Shown piece after piece: positions 18,946 to 28,336 of a stretch of DNA of 44,597 nucleotides. The position numbers and the translations under genes were made by a program. A model generated the notes under the pieces. The model ran no database searches, was not told where the DNA came from, and saw nothing but the letters and a program-made list of their open reading frames with translations. This DNA is from Devosia sp. Its GTDB lineage: Bacteria; Pseudomonadota; Alphaproteobacteria; Rhizobiales; Devosiaceae. Every line of letters starts with the position of its first letter. The first letter of the stretch is position 1. The stretch lies in contig DATMTK010000049.1 in NCBI GenBank assembly GCA_035564755.1, positions 1 to 44,597 of the forward strand, given 5' to 3'.

Positions 18946-19284
18946 ATGACCCACGTTCTGCTCGTTGCGCCCGACTCTGATCTCCGGAAGTCCGTAGAAT
19001 TTGCACTCCAGGCGGAGGGCTACGACGTCACCTCCTGCGCGAGCATCGGCGCCCGGGAGCGGCCACGCTACGACTGCACGATCGTGGACCATCATGCCCT
19101 GGGTAACAACCAGCGTTTTGCAGCTGATTTCTGCAGAATATTCAGGCCGGTTATCCTGCTCGCCAACCTCGTGCCGCACCCCCTGTCCCCCTTCGCTTAT
19201 CGTACGGTGATGAAGCCGCTGCTCGGCGCGGCTCTGACCGACGCCATCCATGACGCGATCGGGCACCGGGCCGCCACTACGTAG
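18946..19284 (+). CDS. Single-domain receiver protein (FixT-like)
   Basis: HVLLVAPDSDLRKSVEFALQAEGYDV...IVD...PVILL...KP; position between fixJ and fixK as in other alphaproteobacterial fix loci. Confidence 0.7.
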   Translation: MTHVLLVAPDSDLRKSVEFALQAEGYDVTSCASIGARERPRYDCTIVDHHALGNNQRFAADFCRIFRPVILLANLVPHPLSPFAYRTVMKPLLGAALTDAIHDAIGHRAATT

Positions 19285-19299
19285 TCCCCCTAGTCCCCC
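19278..19299 (+). promoter_or_regulatory. Putative FixJ-binding region upstream of fixK
   Basis: TACGTAGTCCCCCTAGTCCCCC: tandem 9-nt repeat resembling GTAGTTTCCC-type FixJ sites, 64-85 nt upstream of the fixK ATG. Confidence 0.55.
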
Positions 19300-19362
19300 G
19301 ACCGGAATTTCGCCGGCGGACGATCTGCAGCAGTGTCGCCTCACTTCAACGAGGTACACAGA

Positions 19363-20013
19363 ATGCTCACGCAAACGACCTTTCCAATCGCGGCGATCTC
19401 GGGCTCGTCACAGGACCCCGACGTCCGCGGACTGCTCACCCAGAGCCAGCCGGGTGCCATGACCTTCTATCCGGTCGACGCCACCATTTACGCACAGGGT
19501 GATGAAGCCGGTCCGCTGTATCTCGTCGAATTTGGAACCGTCCGCATCTGCCAGATGACCGCCGACGGCCGTCGCCAGATCACGAGTTTCTGCTACGCTG
19601 GAGATGTGTTCGGCCTGGAGCCGGGCAGTGAGCACGAATTCTATGCCGAGAGCGTCGACGGCGCCGGCATTCGCGTGCTTCGCCCCGCCAATGCGGTGGG
19701 CTTTGCGCAGAAGCTGCTCAGTATCGCCCTCCGGCGCTTCGCCCGCATGCAGTCGCATCTGGTGCTCCTTGGCCGCCTCAGCGCCAATGAGAAGATAGCG
19801 AGCTTCCTGTGCGATCTGCTCGACCGTCAGGATTCCGACGATGTCGTCCACCTTCCGATGCAGCGTGCCGATATCGCCGACTATCTCGGGTTGACCTTCG
19901 AGACCGTTTCGCGCGTGCTGCGCGTGCTCAAGGATAGGGGCATCGTCCGCGTAGACTCGGTCGACCGCATCGACGTCGTGGACTACGACGCCCTTCGCAG
20001 CCTGACGGATTGA
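19363..20013 (+). CDS. fixK: Crp/Fnr family regulator FixK
   Basis: ATG 19363 (GAGG RBS); DGRRQI, RADIADYLGLTFETVSR recognition helix; no N-terminal Fe-S Cys cluster. Confidence 0.9.
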   Translation: MLTQTTFPIAAISGSSQDPDVRGLLTQSQPGAMTFYPVDATIYAQGDEAGPLYLVEFGTVRICQMTADGRRQITSFCYAGDVFGLEPGSEHEFYAESVDGAGIRVLRPANAVGFAQKLLSIALRRFARMQSHLVLLGRLSANEKIASFLCDLLDRQDSDDVVHLPMQRADIADYLGLTFETVSRVLRVLKDRGIVRVDSVDRIDVVDYDALRSLTD

Positions 20014-20030
20014 CGACAATGGAGTTCCAG

Positions 20031-20786
20031 ATGTCTTCGGATACATCATCCCGGACCCTCCCGAGGCCCAAGGCCAAGATCGACCCGCAGCAGACGCCCT
20101 TCGTCGGCAACGAGACCGTCGAGGACAACCTCCACGAAGCGGTCGAGGTGGCGATCTGGACGGTTCTGGGGCAAGGTTGCTCCCCTGTGGTGGTCGAGGT
20201 GCGGGACGGGGGCGTGGTTGCCCTCACCGGGACCCTGCCCTCGGAAACACACAGGCGCGACGTTGTTGCCGCAGTCCGCGCGCTCAAAGGTGTCATGTCC
20301 GTTGTGGATCACCTCGACATCGGTGCGGACGAGACGGTGGCCACACCGTCGGCGAAAGCCGGCGACATGCTTTATGTCCGTCGCTTCTGCGCCGCCGACG
20401 AAACCTCGACTTCCGCCGCGATCCGCCAGGCCATCGGCCGGCTCGCGACGCACTTCGCGGAGCAGAAGATGGCCCCCACCACGCTGGTCGTCATCTACCG
20501 CAATCTTCGGCCGCAGACGGTCACGCTCGACATCGCGATGCCCGTCCCCGCGGGCACGACAATGCCAAATGCCGGCACTTTGCGTGTCGCCCGAATGCCT
20601 GCTTCCAATGCCTTCGAGACGGTCGCCCAACCTGGTTTCGAGGGCCTGATCGAGGCTGTGACGACGCTCAAGAAGAAGGCCGGCATCCGTCGGAACGACA
20701 CCGCCGCATTCTGGCAGTCGTTCGACCTCGATCAGGTCCGCCCCTGGACCGGACACCCTCAGGCCAAGGTCCACCTGGCCGCCTAA
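20031..20786 (+). CDS. BON domain protein with C-terminal GyrI-like domain
   Basis: GGAG RBS then ATG 20031; VEVRDGGVVALTG...KGVMSVVDHL (BON); C-terminal half resembles the GyrI-like effector-binding fold (inference). Confidence 0.65.
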   Translation: MSSDTSSRTLPRPKAKIDPQQTPFVGNETVEDNLHEAVEVAIWTVLGQGCSPVVVEVRDGGVVALTGTLPSETHRRDVVAAVRALKGVMSVVDHLDIGADETVATPSAKAGDMLYVRRFCAADETSTSAAIRQAIGRLATHFAEQKMAPTTLVVIYRNLRPQTVTLDIAMPVPAGTTMPNAGTLRVARMPASNAFETVAQPGFEGLIEAVTTLKKKAGIRRNDTAAFWQSFDLDQVRPWTGHPQAKVHLAA

Positions 20787-20812
20787 CCCGGCAGTTCCTC
20801 TGGAAAGGTCCG

Positions 20813-20835
20813 ACGTTCGAGCCCAGCTCGAACGT
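20813..20835. terminator. Hairpin between convergent genes
   Basis: ACGTTCGAGC-CCA-GCTCGAACGT perfect 10-bp stem; no strong U-tract. Confidence 0.35.
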
Positions 20836-20895
20836 TCGCGTGCCAATGACGTTTCGCCTGCGATGTCGCCGGCGCCGCCCGACGAGCGGCCAAGC

Positions 20896-22101
20896 TCATT
20901 CGTGCCGTAGCGCCTGTATCGGATCGAGCCGTGCCGCACCGCGCGCCGGGAAGTAACCGAACGCAACCCCCACGAAGGCCGAGAACCCGAAGGCCAGGAG
21001 AACTGAGGTCCAGTCGACGATGAACGGCACCCCGAGGGCTCGTGTCGCCACAAACGACACCAGCAACCCAAGCACGATGCCGGCCACGCCGCCGAACATC
21101 GACAAGGCGATCGCTTCGATTAGAAACTGCGAAAGCACTTGCGACTCGCGCGCGCCGATCGCGAGACGGATCCCGATCTCTCGTGTCCGCTCGGTGACCG
21201 AGACCAGCATGATGTTCATGATGCCGATGCCGCCGACCAGCAGGCTGATGCCGGCGATTGCCGCGAGCAGCCCGGTCAAAGCGCCCATGACGCTCCCGAG
21301 CATCGACGAGATCTGGCGCATGTCCATGACCATGAAGTCGTCGTCTTCGTTGGTGCTGAGATGCCGCCGCTGCCGCATCAGCGAGGTCAGATCCTGTTGC
21401 ACCTGCCCGATGACGCTCTCGTTCTGAGCCGCGATATAGATGACGGTGACGTTATCGTTGCCCTGGATGCGGTTCTGCACGGTGTGGAGGGGAAGGAAAA
21501 TCGCATCGTCCTGGTTGCTTCCAAAGCTGCCTGTGCCTTTCTCGGCCAGCACGCCAACCACCTTGCAGACGAGCGACTTCAGCCGCAAGGTTCGGTCCAG
21601 CGGATCACCGGTGCCGAACAGATCGTCAGCCACCGCCTTGCCGACAATGCAGGTCGCTGCACCCGACACCAGTTCTGCGTCGCGGAACGTCCGTCCCTCG
21701 GCCACCGGCCACTGCCGGGCGACGAAGAAGTTGTTGTCGACGCCGTAGACCTCTGTGTAGTGCTTGGTCGAGCCTACCACGGCCGTCATCGACGTTGCAG
21801 CAAGCGGGGCCACGACGTCGATCGATGCGATCTGGCGGCTGATCGCTTCTGCGTCGGCGCTATGGAAGTTCGGCGCCAGCAGTCCGTTTGGCCCTTGCGA
21901 AAGCTGACCGGGGCGAAGCACCAGCAGGTTGCTGCCCAAGCTGGAGATTGAGCTGCTGACCTGCGAGGTTGTGCCTTGCCCCAGCGTCACGAGGGCAATC
22001 ACTGCCGCGACGCCGATCGTGACGCCGAGCAAGGTCAGGACGGAACGCATGGCGTTCCGCCAGATCGTTTCCAAGGCAAGCTTTAGAGTTTCAAGCAGCA
22101 T
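20896..22101 (-). CDS. MacB/FtsX-type ABC permease
   Basis: [47 protein letters not shown]. Confidence 0.95.
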   Translation of the reverse strand: MLLETLKLALETIWRNAMRSVLTLLGVTIGVAAVIALVTLGQGTTSQVSSSISSLGSNLLVLRPGQLSQGPNGLLAPNFHSADAEAISRQIASIDVVAPLAATSMTAVVGSTKHYTEVYGVDNNFFVARQWPVAEGRTFRDAELVSGAATCIVGKAVADDLFGTGDPLDRTLRLKSLVCKVVGVLAEKGTGSFGSNQDDAIFLPLHTVQNRIQGNDNVTVIYIAAQNESVIGQVQQDLTSLMRQRRHLSTNEDDDFMVMDMRQISSMLGSVMGALTGLLAAIAGISLLVGGIGIMNIMLVSVTERTREIGIRLAIGARESQVLSQFLIEAIALSMFGGVAGIVLGLLVSFVATRALGVPFIVDWTSVLLAFGFSAFVGVAFGYFPARGAARLDPIQALRHE

Positions 22102-22795
22102 TGGCCGCTCGTGCCGGTTCGCTCACGGCCCGGCCGTCGACGATCCGGATCCGCCTCGAGCAAAAGGCGGCCATGTCCGGTTCGTGCGTCACCATGACGA
22201 TGGTGATACCGTCGTTGCCGTTGAGATCGACGAGCAGCTTCATCACCTCATTGGCCCTTTCGGTGTCGAGATTGCCGGTGGGCTCGTCGGCCAGGAGCAG
22301 CAATGGGTTGGTGACGATGGCGCGCGCGATGGCCACGCGCTGCTGCTGCCCTCCCGACAGCTCGGATGGAAGATGATGCTCGCGGCCCGCCATTCCAACG
22401 CGGCCAAGGGCGGTGCGGGCCAGCCGGCGCCGCTCGGTGGGAGCGATACCGCGATAGATCATCGGCAGCTCGACGTTTTCGAGTGCGCTGCTCTGAGGCA
22501 GCAGATTGTAGCCCTGGAACACGAAGCCGACGAAGTTGCGCCTCAGGAGTGTACGCTGCTGGCGCGAGGCCTTCTCCACGGGAACTCCATCGAACCCGTA
22601 TCGCCCCTCGGTTGGGGTATCGAGATAGCCTACGATGTTCATTGCGGTCGACTTGCCGGACCCACTGGGGCCCATCACCGCAACGAACTCACCGTGCTCG
22701 ATCCTGAGATCCAGGCCGTCGAGCGCACGGACTTCGGCCTCGCCTTTGCCGTAGACCTTGGTAATTCCCTCGAGTTCGATCAGCGGCGTTTCCAT
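22091..22795 (-). CDS. ABC transporter ATP-binding protein (MacB/LolD-like)
   Basis: [32 protein letters not shown]. Confidence 0.95.
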   Translation of the reverse strand: METPLIELEGITKVYGKGEAEVRALDGLDLRIEHGEFVAVMGPSGSGKSTAMNIVGYLDTPTEGRYGFDGVPVEKASRQQRTLLRRNFVGFVFQGYNLLPQSSALENVELPMIYRGIAPTERRRLARTALGRVGMAGREHHLPSELSGGQQQRVAIARAIVTNPLLLLADEPTGNLDTERANEVMKLLVDLNGNDGITIVMVTHEPDMAAFCSRRIRIVDGRAVSEPARAANAA

Positions 22796-22797
22796 GG

Positions 22798-23982
22798 TCA
22801 GTGGTCCTTGACCCCTGTCACCACGGCCTCGCCGGCCTTGAGATCGCCGGAGACGATCACGGTACGAGTCCCGTCGGTGAGGCCGGTCAGGACCGCCACC
22901 GGACGCGTAACGCCATCGCGCAGGACGAAGACCCGCTGCTGACCCTGGGGCGCGGCAGCCTCCCCCTTCGGCAAGAATCGCAGGGCTGCGTTAGCCACCG
23001 TAAGGACGCCGGTCGCATGGTCGGTCTCGATGCTCGCCGTCGCTGTCATGCCCGGGCGCAATGCACCAGTCGAATTGTCCACCGCGATGACTGCCGTGTA
23101 GCTGGTGACGCCATCGCTCACCTTCGGGGATTGACGCACCTGTGAGACCGTCCCTGCGATCGACTTGTCGGGCGCCGACTCGACGGTGAACCTGGCACTG
23201 TCACCAAGCTTGACCTGGGTAACGTCGGCTTCGTCCACATCGACGTCGACCTCGACCGATTTGAGATCGGTCGCCAGGTAGAACAGCGGCGTGGTGACAA
23301 GTACCGTGCTGACCGTCTGTCCGGGCTGGGCATTGACGTCCAGCACCGTTCCATCGATCGGCGAAACGATCGTGGTCTTCTGGTAGTCACTTACGGCCCC
23401 GGAAAGATCGGCCTCAGCCATCCTGAGCTCCGCATTCGCTGCCATCAGATTCGCGCGCGCCCGGTCGAGCCCTGTCGTTGCGAGCTCGAGGTCCTTGTTC
23501 GTCACCACCTCGCCGACAGGAAGGTGCTGTGCGCGTCGCAACGCAGCTTCGGCATCGGTTACCGCTGTTTCGGCGGCATCACGGTTTGCCGCCTGAGCAT
23601 CGACGGTCGCCAGTGCATGCTTGCGCTTGGCCTCGTAGTCGACGGGGTCGATGTGCGCGAGCGGCTGCCCGACCCTCACCGTGTCGTTGTAGTTCACGTC
23701 GACCGACAGGATCGTGCCGTTGATCAGGCTCGATACACCGATCGAATGAGTCGGTTCGACGGTTCCGGTGGCGACCAGCGAAACCGTGAGGTCGCCACGC
23801 GTCGCGGTGTCAGTCGCATAAGTCGGCACCGCACTCGCCTGCCAGGTTCGCCAGCCCCAGAAGATACCCGCGGCCGCGGCGACGACGACCACACCGACGG
23901 CCGCCCAGCGGACGAAACGCCGCGTCCGGCTGCGGCGGTCTTCGGACGCAAGAACTTCGGCAACGTCGAGTCGCTTGAGCAT
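22798..23982 (-). CDS. MacA-like periplasmic adaptor subunit
   Basis: N-terminal TM anchor, VATGTVEP, IVSPIDG, VDEADV, LRPGMTA. Confidence 0.92.
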   Translation of the reverse strand: MLKRLDVAEVLASEDRRSRTRRFVRWAAVGVVVVAAAAGIFWGWRTWQASAVPTYATDTATRGDLTVSLVATGTVEPTHSIGVSSLINGTILSVDVNYNDTVRVGQPLAHIDPVDYEAKRKHALATVDAQAANRDAAETAVTDAEAALRRAQHLPVGEVVTNKDLELATTGLDRARANLMAANAELRMAEADLSGAVSDYQKTTIVSPIDGTVLDVNAQPGQTVSTVLVTTPLFYLATDLKSVEVDVDVDEADVTQVKLGDSARFTVESAPDKSIAGTVSQVRQSPKVSDGVTSYTAVIAVDNSTGALRPGMTATASIETDHATGVLTVANAALRFLPKGEAAAPQGQQRVFVLRDGVTRPVAVLTGLTDGTRTVIVSGDLKAGEAVVTGVKDH

Positions 23983-24036
23983 GGTCGCACCCCGTCAGGA
24001 ATGTCTGTTGCTTAGTCGATCGGCGCGTCACCACGC

Positions 24037-24050
24037 TTGACCTGGGTCAA
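24037..24050 (-). promoter_or_regulatory. FixK/Fnr box for the macAB-like operon
   Basis: TTGAC-CTGG-GTCAA; minus-strand TAAGCA at 24014-24009 (22 nt gap). Confidence 0.85.
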
Positions 24051-24068
24051 CACGGCGAAGGTGCAACT

Positions 24069-24082
24069 TTGACCGCGCTCAA
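24069..24082 (+). promoter_or_regulatory. FixK/Fnr box for groEL
   Basis: TTGAC-CGCG-CTCAA; TACTCT at 24104-24109 (21 nt gap). Confidence 0.82.
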
Positions 24083-24178
24083 ATGCTGCCGGCACGGCTG
24101 GCCTACTCTGCCGTCCTCAAGCGGAACGGCCGGGGTTGTCCTGGTCGTTTGTTCAGCACTTTTCACGGGGATGCCACC

Positions 24179-25798
24179 ATGGCCCACAAGCAGGTCCTTT
24201 TCCGGTCCGAAGCGCGCGACAAGGTGCTGCGCGGCGCGAGTCAACTCGCCGACGCCGTGCGCGTGACGCTCGGCCCGCGGTCGAAATCCGTGCTGATCGA
24301 GAAGAAGTGGGGCTCGCCACTCGTCTGCAATGACGGCGTGACCATCGCCAAGGAATTCGACCTCAAGGATGCTGAGGAGAATCTTGGCGCCCACATGCTG
24401 CGGCAGGCGGCAGAGAAGACGTCCGAGGCCGTGGGCGACGGGACCAGTACCGCGACGGTACTGGCACACGCCATCTTTGCCGACGGTGTGCGCAACGTCG
24501 TTGCCGGTGCGAGCGCCATCGACATCAAACGCGGACTCGATCGCGGGACGCGGCGCGCGGTGGCCGCGCTCAAACAGCTTTCGCGTCCCGTGGCGAGCCG
24601 CAGGGAAAAGGAGCAGGTCGCAACCATCTCGGCGCACAATGATCCGGATATCGGCACTATGATTGCCGACGCCATGGACAAGGTCGGCGACGATGGCGTC
24701 ATCACGGTGGAAGAAGCCAAGACCATCGAGACCACCCTCGAGGTCGTCGAGGGGATGCAGTTCGATCGCGGCTTCATCTCACCCTATTTCGTAACGAACC
24801 CCGAACGCATGGAAGCGGTGCTGGAAGACGCCCTCATCCTGATCGTCGATGGCAGGGTGAGCGTGCTGAACGACATGCTCAATCTGCTGGAAGCCGTCGC
24901 CAAATCCGGCGCGCCGCTGCTGGTGATTGCCGAAGACATCGAGGGCGAGGCCCTGGCCACGCTGATCGTCAACAATCTGCGCGCGACCTTCCGCAATTGC
25001 GCCGTCAAGGCCCCCGGCTTCGGCGACCGGCGCAAGGCCATGCTCGAGGACATCGCAACGCTGGCCGGCGGCCGGGTCGTCTCGCACGATCTCGGCATGA
25101 AGCTCGAGAATGTGACGCTCGATATGCTCGGCAAGGCCAAGCGCGTGGTGGTCGACAAGGAGAGTACCACAATCGTCGGCGGGGCGGGCACGAAGACCGC
25201 GATCAGCGGGCGCGTCGAACAGCTTCGCCGCGAGATCACCAAGACCACCTCGGATTATGACAAAGAGAAGCTGCAGGAGCGCCTTGCCAAGCTTGCCGGC
25301 GGCGTTGCTGTCGTCCGTGTCGGCGCGCCGACGGAGGCCGAGATGAAAGCGCGCAAGGATGCGCTCGACGACGCCATCAGCGCCACCAAGGCGGCGGTTG
25401 CCGAGGGGATCGTCCCAGGTGGCGGTCTCGCCCTCATCCGCTGCGCGGCAGCACTCGATGACGAGGCGAATAAGAGCGAGGGCGACGAGCGCACTGGAAT
25501 CCTGATCCTTCGCCGTGCCATCGAGGTGCCGGCGCGGCAGATTGCGGAGAACTCTGCGGTCGATGGCGGCGTGGTTGTCGCCCAGATGCTGGGCGGCCAG
25601 GGCAATGTCGGTTACGATGCTGCCAAGAAAGCTTACGTCGACATGATCGAGGCCGGCATTATCGATCCGACCAAGGTCGTCCGCTTGGCTCTCGAAAACG
25701 CCGTGAGCGTCGCCAGCATTCTGCTTCTCACCGAAGCCACAATGACCGAAATTCCGGAACGGACACCTGAGCGCCTGCCGGCCGGGGCTGAGCTCTGA
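24179..25798 (+). CDS. groL: Chaperonin GroEL (paralogue, no adjacent groES)
   Basis: ATG 24179 (MAHKQVLF); [37 protein letters not shown]; lacks GGM tail. Confidence 0.96.
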   Translation: MAHKQVLFRSEARDKVLRGASQLADAVRVTLGPRSKSVLIEKKWGSPLVCNDGVTIAKEFDLKDAEENLGAHMLRQAAEKTSEAVGDGTSTATVLAHAIFADGVRNVVAGASAIDIKRGLDRGTRRAVAALKQLSRPVASRREKEQVATISAHNDPDIGTMIADAMDKVGDDGVITVEEAKTIETTLEVVEGMQFDRGFISPYFVTNPERMEAVLEDALILIVDGRVSVLNDMLNLLEAVAKSGAPLLVIAEDIEGEALATLIVNNLRATFRNCAVKAPGFGDRRKAMLEDIATLAGGRVVSHDLGMKLENVTLDMLGKAKRVVVDKESTTIVGGAGTKTAISGRVEQLRREITKTTSDYDKEKLQERLAKLAGGVAVVRVGAPTEAEMKARKDALDDAISATKAAVAEGIVPGGGLALIRCAAALDDEANKSEGDERTGILILRRAIEVPARQIAENSAVDGGVVVAQMLGGQGNVGYDAAKKAYVDMIEAGIIDPTKVVRLALENAVSVASILLLTEATMTEIPERTPERLPAGAEL

Positions 25799-25813
25799 CG
25801 GCCAACCCGATCC

Positions 25814-25905
25814 CCCAGGAAACACCAGTACAATCTCTGGTATGTCGGTGCAGCCCTGCTGCTGCTCGCCTTTCCAGGCCTGATTCAGCTATCGCTCGGT
25901 CACAT
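25814..25905 (+). pseudogene. Possible remnant of an ftsH-like 5' end
   Basis: PRKHQYNLWYVGAALLLLAF, then after a +1 shift FQA*FSYRSVT; resembles the first TM segment of FtsH paralogues; no start codon. Confidence 0.45.
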
Positions 25906-26013
25906 CCTCGCCTCACGCGGACCATCACGCCCGCGCACTTCCCCGCCCTCGCCTCCAAACCGGCGGCTCCGGCAGGACAGGCCGGCTAGCGGCCTCACTG
26001 CGATCCGCGCTCC

Positions 26014-26027
26014 TTGACCGGGATCAA
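26014..26027. promoter_or_regulatory. FixK/Fnr box with no clear target gene
   Basis: TTGAC-CGGG-ATCAA between convergent groEL and sugar ABC genes. Confidence 0.7.
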
Positions 26028-26232
26028 GAGTCCTCCCGGCCGGGCATGCCAGGTTCTTGCGTCGATGCGGGATGCGACCTCCCCCGCCGTTCCCATGCCA
26101 TCGACAGTCGACCTCGCCGCCTGCCTGATGCTCGCCCGCCCCCAACCACCCCGAGCTTCCGGTAGGCGGCTTCTTTCCGTCATGCATGATGTTGCGGATC
26201 GGCCGGCCGCCTGCGGGTAACGCCTTCCGTGA

Positions 26233-28311
26233 TCAGCGCGAGGTCTCGGCGCGTCGCCGGATCAGCACATCTACGAGGATCGACACGATCAGAACCACCG
26301 CGGTCGCCATCAACTGAATGGCGGCCGGTAGCCCCAGGAGCGCCATGCCGTTGACGATGCCCGCGATCACAATGCCTCCGAGCACGGGATGCAGCGGATG
26401 ACCGCGGCCACCGAACATGCTGGTGCCGCCGATCACCGCACTGGCGACGACGTAGAGCACGATGGTGCCACCGTCGAAGCTGGTCGACATCGAGCGGAGC
26501 CGCGACGCGTAGACGATGCCCCCGATGCCCGCCGTGAACGCGGCCAACATGAAGGCAAGCGTCCGAATCCGCGCCAGGTTGATACCGGCGCGGCGCGCGG
26601 CTTCCGGATTCCCGCCGATGGCATAGACGTAGCGACCGAACCGCGTGCGGGTCAGCAGCAGCGACCAGGCCACCAGGATCGTAAAGACGATGGGCACGAC
26701 CCAGGGCATGCCATTGACCGGAAATGCCGGAACACCGCGGTCGACGTTGGTCAGCAGCACGATCGAAATGCCGGCTGCGGTCGCCAACACCAGCTTCAAT
26801 AGCGTGAGCGTTGTTGGAGGAACGACAAGGTTTGCCCGACGGCGCTGCCAGTCGCGCCAAAGCACGTTCGCGGAATAAACGGCGAGGACGCAGACTGTCG
26901 CGATCCATCCGCCACTCGCTGAGAGCGTCCCGTTGGCTAGGTTGTTGATCGTGTCGTCCGGGATCGGCACGGTGCCGCCGGCGCCCAGGAACTGGATCAT
27001 CAGGCCCTGGAAGCCGAGCAGGCCCGCAAGTGTCACCACGAACGACGGCAGGCGGAACCGGCTGACCAGGGTGCCCTGTACGAGGCCGAGAAACGTGGCG
27101 ATGACGAGTGCGACCGGTATGGCGATCCACCACGGCCAGCCGATTTCCGGCTGCACGAGCAGCGTCACCGCCGTGCCCGCAATGCCACCGACAAAGCCGA
27201 GCGACAGGTCGGTCTCGGCAAGGATCAGCACGAACGCCTCTCCCATGCCGATGATCATGAAGACGGCCGCCTGCACGAGGAGATTGACGAGGTTGCCTGC
27301 TGTCAGGAAGTTTGGATTCTGCGACTGGAATACCAATGCAATCGCAAGCGCGCCGACGACAACCGGCAGCACGCCGGACTGGCCGGCCATTATCCTCGCT
27401 AACTGCCCACCGATGAAGGCCTGCAGGCCGATCCCGGCTTTCGGAGCAGCCGCCATCGCCACCGGTGCCGCTTTCTCGTCAAGTCCGTCAATCTCCTTGG
27501 GTCGCTCGCCGACATAGGCGCCCCGTGCCGGAACCTCTCGTGACCGTTCGGCGGTTCGGCCCGACTGTCCGAGCGTCATGAGCTCCACGACCATCCGCGG
27601 GTCGAAGTCGGCCGCCGGCCCGCTCGCGACCAGCCGGCCGAGCCGTAGCACAGCGAAGCGATCTGCGACTGAGAAGACGTCGTTGAGGTTGTGGGAGATG
27701 ATGATGACGGCCAGTCCACGGTCGGCGAGCCGACGGACGAGGTCGAGCACCTGGCGCGTCTGCGCCACGCCGAGGGCCGCGGTCGGCTCGTCGAGGATCA
27801 CCAGCTTCGAGTTCCACATCACCGCCTTGGCGACGGCGACCGACTGCCGCTGGCCGCCCGAGAGCGACGAGACTGGCTCCCGCACCGACTGCAGTGTCGT
27901 GACGCTAAGGTCGCCCAACGTTTGGGATGCGGCCTTTTCCATGTCGTCCTCATCCAGGGCGACTCCGTTGATGAGGCGTTCCCGGCCGAGGAACATGTTC
28001 TCGACAACGTCGAGATTGTCGCACAGCGCCAGGTCCTGATAGACGACCTCGATCCCGAGGGCCGCTGCTTCCCTCGGATTGCGGATGCGAACGGGGTTGC
28101 CCTCCCAAATGATCTCGCCGGCGTCCGGTTCATGGATGCCGGCGATGCATTTGATGAGCACCGATTTTCCCGCGCCGTTATCGCCGACGAGGGCGGTGAC
28201 CTGCCCCCGTGGAAAATCGAGGCTGACGTCGTTCAGCGCGTGCACGGCGCCGAAGTGCTTGGCAATGGCACGCACGCTCAACAGCGGCGCGTCGCTCTCC
28301 GGCTCCGCCAT
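26233..28311 (-). CDS. Fused sugar ABC ATPase-permease (XylG/XylH-like)
   Basis: ATG 28311; GDNGAGKS, LSGGQRQ, DEPTAALG followed in frame by a CUT2 permease (FGRYVYAIGGNPEAARRAGI, SAVIGGTS). Confidence 0.9.
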   Translation of the reverse strand: MAEPESDAPLLSVRAIAKHFGAVHALNDVSLDFPRGQVTALVGDNGAGKSVLIKCIAGIHEPDAGEIIWEGNPVRIRNPREAAALGIEVVYQDLALCDNLDVVENMFLGRERLINGVALDEDDMEKAASQTLGDLSVTTLQSVREPVSSLSGGQRQSVAVAKAVMWNSKLVILDEPTAALGVAQTRQVLDLVRRLADRGLAVIIISHNLNDVFSVADRFAVLRLGRLVASGPAADFDPRMVVELMTLGQSGRTAERSREVPARGAYVGERPKEIDGLDEKAAPVAMAAAPKAGIGLQAFIGGQLARIMAGQSGVLPVVVGALAIALVFQSQNPNFLTAGNLVNLLVQAAVFMIIGMGEAFVLILAETDLSLGFVGGIAGTAVTLLVQPEIGWPWWIAIPVALVIATFLGLVQGTLVSRFRLPSFVVTLAGLLGFQGLMIQFLGAGGTVPIPDDTINNLANGTLSASGGWIATVCVLAVYSANVLWRDWQRRRANLVVPPTTLTLLKLVLATAAGISIVLLTNVDRGVPAFPVNGMPWVVPIVFTILVAWSLLLTRTRFGRYVYAIGGNPEAARRAGINLARIRTLAFMLAAFTAGIGGIVYASRLRSMSTSFDGGTIVLYVVASAVIGGTSMFGGRGHPLHPVLGGIVIAGIVNGMALLGLPAAIQLMATAVVLIVSILVDVLIRRRAETSR

Positions 28312-28336
28312 CTCAGCCCCCGATCCCGCGCCGTGC

